Shown here in pieces: positions 41,220 to 53,000 of a DNA stretch of 60,000 bases. Positions within the stretch are counted from its first letter, which is position 1. Each line of letters begins with the position of its first letter. The notes below the pieces were generated by a model. That model did no database searches, was not told the origin of the DNA, and saw nothing but the letters and a program-made list of their open reading frames with translations. Source of the stretch: Lytechinus pictus (taxonomy: Eukaryota); NCBI RefSeq assembly GCF_037042905.1, contig NC_087251.1, positions 8,744,001 to 8,804,000 of the forward strand. Reading direction: 5' to 3'. Both the position numbers and the translations under genes were made by a program.

Positions 41220-41555
41220 ATGGCCACTATCTCAGGCTACCCAAAGCAACTCGTCAGAAGACTATGGCACATCCACAGACAAATCAAGATCTCAACAGTT
41301 TCCCAATCTGACCGTGTTAGATGGATGAATACACATCGGGTTGGGTCATTATATCAGAGGTTATGTAGTCTATGTTGTAGATCATTTGACCAATCCAGAA
41401 ATCTAGCAACTATCTCTAAGGATGATGGGATGGGCGACTGGATGTTCTCTTCAGATTTTAGGCCGGCTATTGATCTGGATTATCTTGCTAAAAATGCGGA
41501 AGTAATCGCAGACCGTATCAGCCACAGAAAAGGAAACATTGATGTTCAAGAAGTT
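41220..41555 (+). CDS. SARS2: SARS2 coding exon 1 (presequence-like N-terminus)
   Basis: Acceptor tttatag ends 41214, ATG at 41220, [17 protein letters not shown]...[32 protein letters not shown], donor GTAAGT at 41556. Confidence 0.85.
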
Positions 41556-44500
41556 GTAAGTTTGACCAAAGAATAATGATTTAACTTGATATCATTGTTG
41601 AATTCAGATGCTTGTCCAGATGAGTTTTTGACATCTTTGATCAACATGATTATTAGAACTAATTTGACCAGGTTTTAGAAAATATGTATCAAATCTACTG
41701 CCAAGCCAGGGTACTGGAGCTTTTTGTTTGAGACCCATTCAGAGGTTATTGAGTACATATGTAGAGCGTTTCTTTAAGGTTAAATAGTTAATAGTTTACT
41801 CTGGCCTATTCATAAAGTATATCTGACAGGACACAAAGGGATGAATGTAATTCTTGAATTTTGATGATTTTTTTCCAGAATGGGGGAAAATATTCAGCAT
41901 GCAAAATTAATCATGGGAAAATAATGTCTATTTTTCTCTTAGCTACGGAGGATGAAAGAATTTCAGCATATCCAAGAGGATGTCCATGATGTACAAATTA
42001 GACTACAAGCTGATAAAGAGAGAGGACTGGTATGTGTTTGATAGTTATTGTTTCTTTTCTTTTGTTTACTTGAATTAATGGCTAAATGAAAGGTTGCATT
42101 TTGGATAGAATGAATCCACCTGAAAGACTTTATATTTTGATGTGAATAATGCCAGTAATGTCAGATGAGAAAGATAGACTGATAGATAATAGATAGATAG
42201 ACTAAAATACATGTACATGACCAGAATACCAGATTAATAATTTATATGATTTTTGTCTCGCCTTCTTAGCAGAGCAATACTATAGGCGCCGCTTTTCCGA
42301 CAGCAACGGTGGCGGCGGCGTCAATATCAAATCTTAACCGAAGAATAAGTTTTTTAAATGACATCATAAGTTGGAAAATGTATAGACCTAGTTCATGAAA
42401 CTTGGACATAAGAGTAATCAAGTATTACTGAACATCCTGTGCGAGTTCCAGGTCACATGACCAAAGTCAAAGGTCAGTTAAGGTCAACAGAACTTTGACC
42501 ATGTTAGGGGTATGCGTTGAATTACCATCATAACTCTGATAGTTTATGGACCTAGTTCATAAAACTTGGACATAAGAGTAATCAAGTGTCACTGAACACC
42601 CTGTGCGAGTTCTGGGGGGCGTTTCATCAAACAATTAGTCGGTGGTTTTCTCCGACTAATTGTGATTTTCACCGACTAATTTCATTTTCACCGACAATTT
42701 TGCCATCACCGACTAAATTCCATTTCATGAAAATTTGTCGGTGATTTTCTCCGACAAATTATTGGAAACCACCGACTAATTTTGTCGGTGGCCTTCACCT
42801 ACCGACAAAACTTATTTTCACCGACTAATCCAATTTTCACTGACTAATCAGCCTTTTGAGGGCCTTTGCAGCTAAAATCGATCAATTTCAGTTGATTTTG
42901 AATATAACATTTTAATAAATTGCTTATTTTTCATTTCATTGAGAAAATTCAAAGAAAATGTATTTATTTTTAGTCAATGACAAATAAAAAGTAGACATTT
43001 CAAGAATAATATTTTCATCTTTAAAACTATATTATATCAATCAATACATAGGAAACATCTTCAAATGTACACATTTTTTCAAACATAATTTTCTTTAACC
43101 CAAATAAATCATTGTGCATTTTTTAATCAATAATGTCTGATAATGTCTGAAAAATGCGACCTCATTGACTTTTGTACAAGTTTTTTCAATGTTCATTAGT
43201 GTTGTTGGTGTTGCTGCTGCTGTTGTCATCGTGATTGCTGGAATTGCTGTTTGTTTTTGCTGCTCTTGGTGTTGTGGGTGTGGTTGTTGCATCTCCTGGT
43301 GCAATTAGTTATTTTTGCTACTGATGTTGCTCAAGGTGTTGCCTGTGTGGTTGCTGTTGTCATCGCTGCTACTGCTGCTGTTTACGAGTGTGGCTGTTGC
43401 ATCTCCTGATGCATCTATTGATGTTGTCGCTTGTGTTGTTGCTTGTATGATTGCTTGTTAGAATCCTTTCTGTTGGCTTTGTTTCTACTGTCGTTGTTGC
43501 TACTGCTGTTGATGTTTACCACTGTGGTTGTTGCATCTCTTGATGAAGTTATTTATGTTGCGCCCGATGTTCCCTGCATGGTTGTTGGAGCTCCTGCTGC
43601 TGTTGATGTTGTCGGTGTGGTTGTTGCATCTCTTACTGCAGTTGTAGTTTCGGCTGCTGATGCTGTTGTTGCTCCTGCTGCTGTCCATGTTCATTGAAGT
43701 AACTGAAATGGATTTAATTTATAGAGCATGTGATATTTTATTAATAAATATATTAATTTCCATCATTATTGATATCAGTCATTTATTCTTAATTTAATTA
43801 TCATTGTTAAAACTTACATTTTTTTATTTCTAATGTTTGAAATAAGAACTTTAAGTTCTAAATGGTTAAAATATTGTCACCAAAGCCTTATTAAACAATG
43901 AAAACAAAAAAGTTAATAACAAAGAAATGCATAAGAAAATGATTAAAATTTCCTCTTTTTTTATACACAATTGATTTTAATGACTTGGGTTTTTCTCATT
44001 GGTTTACCAAAGAAAGGGAGTCAAAATCCAAAATTATCACATTTGGTCTTTATTTCTTGAGCCAAATGCTGATTTCATGCAAGAGTCATGTTATCATATT
44101 AAATTAAAAAAAAAAAAAACATCAGGAACAGCAGCATGATTTCTGAAGCGAGTGCACAATCAACAGGCAAGATCCTGAGGCACCCCCCCCCCTACCAAGA
44201 TCATTTGAATTAATGAGGTTTCATGACTGCTTTTGTAGGCATTACATTTATACAGGCCTACAAGAGATATAATTTTTTTTTTTTTTTTTTTTTTTTTTTG
44301 GGGGGGGTAATCTTCCAGTGTTACTCCCATACAAAGCAGATGGTGATGGGGCGGGGGGGGGGGGTCTAATAGGAATGCAGAACAATGGAACATTCATTTA
44401 CTACTTTGGCAATAGAAAGCAAGTCACACCATCTAGCATTGATTGATATTGGTTGTTTTACAACTGTCCAATAAATATCACCATTAATCAATTAAGCATC

Positions 44501-47500
44501 TAAGCACTTATAGATGTCATTGTTTTCAAATATTTGAGTAGAACAAATAAAGAAGAGAGCAGTACCAGTAATTTAATATTTTTTTTAATGTGACTTTACT
44601 TTCTTCGCCAAAGTGAGGCAGTCATAATTAAGAGTGTTTTAACTTACAAGTGACATCACATTTCCTGCCTTCTTGTCTGGCTCTCCTAAACCTTCAACCA
44701 TTTATACTTGTGTAACTTTGTATCTCATGTCTGTCTGAAAAGTTTGGTTGAAGCCTCCACCTGAAGGAAAAATAGTATTGAAATAACTAATTAAAATATT
44801 TGCCATAATCTGGTATTTCTTCTCACATGTATATGTACATGTCTAAAAACAGGAAATAAAACATCTTTTGATTACCAGGTTTCATATAGAAGGGGGTAAA
44901 TAAAGGGTTCAAGTTTTTATTATGTTAATAAAAAATACAAACAATAGTAAAAATGACATATGCTCTGGCTGAGAAACTTAAAAAGTGAAATTATTCCTCA
45001 CAATGTAGCTTGTATGTACATACACATGAGCAAGTAGTGCTAAATGGATTGAGGGGTGAGAGCAGGGGCTCCGGAAACCGGCGGGGGGGGGGGGGGGGGG
45101 TGCATGTTAGCTGCAGGGTCAGCGGAACGGTTTTTTACAGTGAACGGGCTGACCATGCAAAAAATCGTAACCAGATGGTCATTTCATATTTTTCAGCCCC
45201 CGCACTGTTTTCCAAAACCATGTACAAAAATGTAAAATTGACCATCTGCTTATGATTTTTTGCATTGGTCAGCCCCCCCCCCCCCTTTCGGCTCAGCCCC
45301 CTCACTTTCAAAACCGTTCTGCTGACCCTGCAGCTAACATGCAAAATATATTGAATCTATTATGTCTTTCATGCTTATGTAATGTTTGCATTTCAAACTG
45401 ACTTTAAATAGAAAATCCGGTCACAGTCCGATTTCATTGTCATTGATGTGGGTTTTTATGATTTTACATTCTGCAACCAAAACAATATCCTTCATTATTT
45501 TTTAATCATTATCGCATTTTACTAGTCTACATGTTACCTGTGGTTGCATTTCAATCTCAGTATTTCTTCACCCATTGCCAAATCTTCTGTCACATGTTCA
45601 TCAAATTGGCCGCTGGCACATTCCTTGCTGTAGTAGACCAGTCAGAGCCTTGCTTTCTAGTTCCAGATCCGTCTTCTTCTGCATACTGTTCAAATGTCCA
45701 TAGTCTGAAATTAAAATATTAATAATATCACATTGTTATACATGTAGCAAAGAAAATATGTAGATTTACAGTGATCATTGAAAAATACTGCACTTTCAAT
45801 GAATATTGTTGACATTTCATAAAGGGGAATGATCGAATATACCAATCATTTTTCTTCTTTTATTATCCTGAAATTTATAGAATTTACCAACAATCGGTCA
45901 ACAATTTATCCTTGTTAATTCATATAATTTTCACTTGATTATAAACAAGACGGTAATTAACACATTAACCATACAAAATAGTAAAACAGCTTTTTCAATA
46001 ATTTTTTTTTTTAATTAAAAAATAAAAATAAAAGTTTTTTTCTAACTCAATAGCGCTTGGATACCTTGCCGGTTAAAAGCCACAATCAAATTAATAAAAA
46101 ATATGAATAGGCTCCTAATTCATAACTGCAGCAAATTGCATCCCCATCAAACCATCAAACTGTCAACTATTTCTGGACTGTGACCTTTGTTCAATGGAAC
46201 TTTAATATGAGATTCAAGGCAGAAAAATACTTGGGATTGATGAGATCCATTCCATATTCTCCTATATTTTTTTCTAATGAAGAGACCTTTAACCTGTATG
46301 CTATTTAAGGTTAGGTATGACTAGACTCTAACTTTATGTGGTACGACAGTATTTTTCAAAAAATAGATTAAGAGACATTATCAACAATAATTTAATTTAT
46401 TTACCCCAATAACACCGATGCTATTGCAGATTCATGCTAAATAGTAATTTGTCTAAAAAATTGACTTAGAAAAATAAAAGCCAAACAAACTTCATAATCG
46501 CACACAAATGAAGAGCATTATTTCGTCTCCCCCAAATTGGACGATCAATATTTTTTTTTAAAGGGAGCTATGAAATGGCTCATTTCACTTGGGTGCGCAA
46601 AGTCAAAGATAATTTAAGATAGATCTAGGCCTATAAGCTATACCAGTACGGCCACGGGCCGGTTGCACTATTTAAAACTTAGATCTAATAATTTTTTTAT
46701 ATCTAGAATAGATTTTAATTTTTATTGGGTGTGAACGCACCTCTGCCACAATCGCATCACCCCCCCCCCCCCCGCCCGAATCCTCGACAGCTGTCGAGAG
46801 CCTTCACTTCATTCGACTTGTGACTTGCTAAGGCTAAGCCTACATTAATAGTTGAGAACATCCACTTTACAAATTTACCACTCACACTATTACCATGTGA
46901 TTTAGCTCCTGTTCAATTCCAATTTCTGTAACACAGAATTAGGATGGCCCCATTGGATATGTGTACATTTACAATTGCACACGCTGGTTTGCCTGGTGAT
47001 CAAGCCAATCTCCGACTACACCGAGCAACAAAATTATTACAAAACCAAAGGAAATGAAAAAATATGATTTGCAACATAGAATGACATAAAGGTAGAACAA
47101 TATAAAGAATTCTCTTTGCAAAATTTATAACATTGCAGCCATGTGCGGATCATAAAAACGTGACAGCCGTGAGCCGTGTCGTTAGTTTGGACCTGAGATA
47201 GTTCTACAGACACAGAAACACGGGTATGGGACTAGACTGGATTTTGTACTGTCAAGTTCACCGATCGTATCGACAGGGGTCCTGCCAGAAGATCCTCTTT
47301 TCTTGTAATTCATTTGATAATCACGCACAACGAATAATTCAATCACCTTACATACAATATGAACGACATTTTGAAGGGTTTTACTTACGGTAAAATCCTC
47401 ATTCACCTCTACGAGGACCTTCGCTTCTTCTCATTTCTTCGTTTCATTTCGAATCGTCGTGGCGAAAACATCAATCAATTTTACATCTTTTTCACGACTT

Positions 47501-50025
47501 TGGGAGTGGGCGTGGCCTAATTAGTCAGCGAACCTCGTTCAAGACGATTTGTAAAATAAAAATTCTCTGACAATAGTCAGAGGAGCTCCGAGAGTTTGAT
47601 GAAACGAATTTTTGTCAGCGCTGACTAAATTGTCAGCGCTGACAATTTTAGTCAGCGCTGACAGTTGTCGGACGAAAATATTGATGAAACACCCCCCAGG
47701 TCACATGACCAAAGTTAAAGTTCATTTAAGGTCAATAAACTTTGGCCATGTTGGGGGTAATTGTTGAATTGCCATTATAACTTTGAAAGTTTATGGATAT
47801 AGTTTATAAGATGTGGACATAAGGGTAATCAAGTATCACTGACGATTCTTGGGTCACATGATCAAGGTCAAATGTCATTTAGGGTCAGTGAACATAGTAT
47901 TATGTCATTATATGAATGGTGTGTTTTGTGAATAATTATTTAATAGGAGTTTTCAAAGTCAGCACTGCTGCTATATATCGAATCACATAATGCAGGCGAG
48001 ACTGTGAGAGTCGCTCCACTTGTATGATATTGATGTAATGGCAGATTATAACAAGATGTAGTTCCAGTTATTCGGGTGAAATGTAATCATGCTCTATTTT
48101 CCTTTTTTCTGTTATTTCCAGAATACAAAGGAATTGGAGCACACGTTGAATGAGAAAGAAATGCAGCTTCATAGAGCAGAAAATAACTTCTATCAGATCG
48201 CAGTGGCCATTCCAAATTCGACCCATCCTAATGTGGTAAGACTTGATCCAGCTTGTAAATCATAAATGAATTAAAGATTGCACCATTTGGCCCAAACTTA
48301 CAAAAAGGAGATTTTAAGCCAGTGATTGGGCTTTATCCCAGTTAGATTTTGTAAGAATATAGCATCAGATTCATTTATGCATGCTTACATGCATACATGC
48401 TTACAAAACTACAAAACCTACAAACCCTACAGAGGGTTTAAACCAGGAGGTTGTTCAAACCTTTGTCAACTTGGCATTTCTGTTTAAAAAAAAACGCATT
48501 GAATTTGTTGCATAGGTATTCTTTTCATAGTCATCTTGAGTGCTTTGGTGTGAATGTTAATTTGATTGAGAAGTTACCAGTATTTTCAACAAAGAATTTA
48601 GATCTCTCCAAATTCACAAAACTATAAACCATATTGTCTTTTTTAATCTCCTAATTATTTAGGTAAATATGTATGCTGATGAAGTTTCAATTTTTCTTTA
48701 AAGGCAGTCAGTAACTTTTTCCAGGATTCAAATAAACATGACCTTTTCATCTACTCTTGTTATTGAAATTACAAAGTAAAAGGTCAGACAGGAATTACCT
48801 GCTTTAGAGACTTTCAAAACCCAATAGCATACCGATTGAACATTAAGAATTCTTCCAGTAAGCATATCTCTCCATGTGTAGCAGGTAACTGGCTCACACA
48901 CTTGGTCTGCTCGCTGGGCATTCTTAGGCATGGTTTATAGTGAAACCTTGATGATTTGTTGCTGACTTCCATTTTGTCTGTAACTCTGTAAGTTATTGTC
49001 AAATAAATATACTCAACAAAGAAAATGGTATACCTCTCATTTAACCCTGGAAGTAATAAATGGGCAATTATCACCTATGAATAGATGTTTATTGTGGTAA
49101 ACATTTGAACATGTTTAACCTTACCTTACCTTTTGTTATCTATTATCTTTTATATGTACGTGTCTTATTGTTGATTAAAAATGATGGTGTGGTGTGATGC
49201 CTTAGTTGTAGAATTCACAGTTTCTGGGTTTAGATAACAGTGGCAAGTCCTTTTATATGAATAAAAAATGAATATAATACAGAATGAGTTTCTATCCATT
49301 AAGTTTCCATTTTTGTGTGTCTTGTATTGTATATTTACTATACAGCATTTGAATGAAGATGCAGAACCCGTGTTGATAGAAGAAATAAATGAGAAGAGAT
49401 CATTTGACTTTCCCATCAAAGGACATGTGGAACTAGGTGAAGAGCTAGACATCATTAGATTAAAGTGAGTAAATAACTATGAAAATATAAAAATAGAAGC
49501 TTATGTCTTTAAAAAAGAAAATGCTGAAAATAGTATTCCTTGGAAGGAATAGGCCATAGACCTACTAACATTAATTGTCTTCATTGAAATGTGTGTAATT
49601 TAAATTGACGTCCCTGATTTCTTTGAAAATTCTTGAACGGTAATTGTAAAGTTGTTAGCTGTGGGAAGATTATGACCATTTTAGAGATAGTGTTCATGAA
49701 ATTCAACCCCAAGACCGCTAATTCAGTGATACATGCAAAACTAGTATAATAGCATTCTCTTTGATTTTTGAAAGCCACAAGCTTCAACAACAATTTTGTG
49801 TACCAATTATTTTAAAAATATGTTACTGAGACAAGCAACTTCTTTTTGTTGCAAGGCAACCAAAATTTGTAGACCAATAAAGTTCTTTGAAGTTGATACG
49901 AGCTAAGACAGAGTAGTCTAGAATTGCGTGGAAAAATCCATGACATCATTCAACATGGCTCATGATATTAAAATCATGATGACATTGGATCATATTATCC
50001 AATATCACTGAAGAATTCATCATGA

Positions 50026-50056
<31 letters not shown>

Positions 50057-53000
50057 CCCCTTCTAGGAATCTTGGACATACCACAGGCCACCGATCATAC
50101 TTTTTAAAAGGGGCTGGAGCAATGCTAGAAGATGCTCTTGTTAGATTCACTTTAGATAGATTAATCAAGAAACATGGCTTTAAGATCATCAAAGTACCTG
50201 ATATTATCAAACCAGTTGTATTTGTAAGTATCTCTATCGGTCATATATTCCATATTGCATTGCCGGTGCTTGTGCAAATGCTAGTATGCATGTAGGAAGC
50301 AAATAATAGAAGTAATCTAAGATTTTACTTAAGAGTCCCAGTATTACATATAATCAGGTCTTAATATTTTCATATGTAAAACCCAGAATGGTGTCAAAGA
50401 TATACCATATGGGTAGGAGGTAGATATATTAACAAATATTTGAATATTTCTCTCTAAAAAGATTATTGCAACAATGCTTGCAGAAAATCCTGATGAAAGG
50501 TGTGACAGCTATAATTCACTGTTACTCTATGTCATCACATCCCATGATTAAATGCACCTTTCTATAAAGAGACATACTTTAAATTTAGCAGCTACTCTGA
50601 TGTAATTTTCTGACAAATTTGAAAGATGAATATAAGAATATCACTATTTTCTGTGTCTTTAATTCTTGAATTAGGAAGGTTGTGGAATGAGGACTATAGG
50701 TCTTCACACTCAAGTGTATTGTCTATCATCTGACCACCATGATATTGATATGTGTTTAGCTGGGACTGCTGAAGTTGGCATTGCAGGTATTCATCCATCT
50801 TCCTTCATTCAGTACATTTCTTGTGTAAATATGAATAAAGATCCAATATGTACAGGTTGTGAGATGACTTTTGAACAAGTTTGTAGAGGATATAACTACA
50901 GAAGAGCAAGGACATCATGGAAGTGTGTATATTGAAGAAGGAATGTAGCAACTCTTCTTTACAGGGAGAATGAGAAAGAGCCCCCAAAATAAAGTGTCCA
51001 TAATGCACTGCTTTACAGCCCTCCCCCATAAAGAAATCCTCCGTTAATTGTGATTGTACAATTTATCTACATCCAGTTCTTTTATACTAGATTGAGTAAT
51101 TAAAAGAACAAAAATGGTTTCTAGTTGACTTGCTCTGCAAAGTCGAAAAATCAACACTTGGCTGTTCTTTTTAAGTTGATGAGTAGGTGGCCAAAATATG
51201 TTTACCTTTACAGAGTTGATAGTTTTAGGAAAATAAAAACAATTTACTGGACTGATTCACCTAATGTTTTTTTCAGGATATTTAATGAACAGGACGATAC
51301 CAATATCTGAGCTTCCTATGAAGATAGCTGCTATGAGTCGATGCTATCGAGCTGAGACAGCTCACAGTGCTGATGCTAGAGGACTCTACAGAGTACACCA
51401 GTTTACTAAGGTATGAATTTAACATTTTAAAGAAGATGAATACATCTTCATGTTATTATTGCAGTGTTACTTATGACATTGTCTACTGAAAATAATTTTA
51501 TACTTTTTCATGGAAAAGGGGCAGTCTTAAGGAATTTAGAAAAATACTTCAAGTCAGTTTGCGGAAACAGGATATTTCTCTGATGAGCATTATTGTTTTC
51601 TATTTTTCAACTTAAGTATGTTGAGTTTTTATCATGAATCACACCTTTATTCTCCATTGGGAAATCTGAAAATTAGGAAGAATATTTTGTTCTCATTTGA
51701 CGGAATCAGTTGAGTCATCAAAATATAAACACCAGCGAAAAGTGTCAAAAATGACTCTTTAGGTTTGCTTGTAACAAATAAAATTCATGAATCATGTTTT
51801 TAATAGTGAATAGCGGTGAATATCTCTATTTCCAAATTTCTCATTGACTTCAGTTTGATAAATTGAATGGGATGTTTTATAAGGTGTGAAGTACAATAAA
51901 ATTAATTGATCAGCAATAATTACAAATTAAAGTGTTTTTATCATTTCAGGTGGAGATGTTTTGTGTAGCAGCTAATGAGAGAGGAGATGAGAGCGAGGAA
52001 ATCTTTCATGAGTTTGTAGGAATCCAACGGGACCTGTTCAGAGATTTAGGATTGCATTTCCAGTGAGCGCTATCATTTATTTATTGCCTGTTTTAATCAA
52101 TTATTTAGAGAGACATTGTCTTTACCAGATCAACCTAAACACCTCTCATTGGCATGTGCTTATAATGTATTAAACAAGTATATATTCGACTTTCAGTGTA
52201 CATGTAAATTCAAAAGAATTATTTTGTTGTTGCAAAATATAATGAATTCTTTTATATGGCGCCAAAAAAGTGAAAAATAAAATTTCTTGTCAGTAATGTT
52301 GCTTTAAAAAAATTTAATTGGAGTTGAGTTAGAAAAAAAAAGTGAAGATAAAATTTCTTGTCAGTAATGTTGCTAAAAAAAAATTTAATTGGAGTAGAGT
52401 TAGAAAAAAAAAGTCAATTAAAACTGGCTGAGAACTGATTATCAAAATACATGATTAAGAACTACCGATTGTACGTATTGGTTAATTTAGATACTGTAAT
52501 GTTCCTTTAGGATATTAGATATGCCTGCCTATGACTTAGGAGCTCCTGCATATAGGAAATTTGACATGGAAGCCTGGATGCCTCACAGAAAAGCTTATGG
52601 AGAGGTGAGAACAAAGTGTAATTAAATTTGAAACAAAAATACTACTCCATACTCATCCATTTTTTAGAAACCTTTGAGTTAAACTTCGAGTCTAAGTGGC
52701 TAGTCACCCTAGATTAAAAATACACCCAATTCACAATACATCTTCTGTCTTAATTTGCAGTAGCATATCTCTGTTGATGTCTTCTTACTGGTTACTGACT
52801 TCTCTGTATGGGCATGATTCTACAGAATTTGAAGAGATAAATACAGTAACATTTCTTGCTAAAGGTCCTGGAGTTTGTGATGTAGAAGACCTGTGCATAT
52901 TCTTGTAGTTCAATATTGAGATGTGTGAAAGTGGAAATCACTTTTAGCAGAAAGAAGCAGTTCAGTTTGTTGAACTCATTCAGCCTTTCAAGAATCTGAT

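Larger units (their letters stand above)
42615..47696. mobile_element. PIF/Harbinger-group (NuwaI-like, CWG target) DNA transposon, ~5.1 kb, non-autonomous
   Basis: TIRs GGGGGCGTTTCATCAA / TTGATGAAACACCCCC flanked by CTG and CAG; arrays of ACCGACTAA/GTCAGCG subterminal repeats; cleanly interrupts the host unit GCGAGTT-CAGGTCACATG. Confidence 0.8.
42251..48023 (+). mobile_element. Helentron-associated element (HINE) in SARS2 intron 2, split by a 5.1-kb DNA transposon
   Basis: 5' TTTTGTCTCGCCT, CGGCGG tract, tandem GACCTAGTTCATGAAACTTGG/CAGGTCACATGACC units, 3' TGCAGGCGAGAC, hairpin and CTTGT; same family as 57717-58527. Confidence 0.8.

Noticed and set aside
43431..43697. Plus-strand hydrophobic V/A/L ORF resembling a membrane protein
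   Set aside because: It is the antisense reading of the CAA/CAG-rich tract in the transposon's decayed gene.
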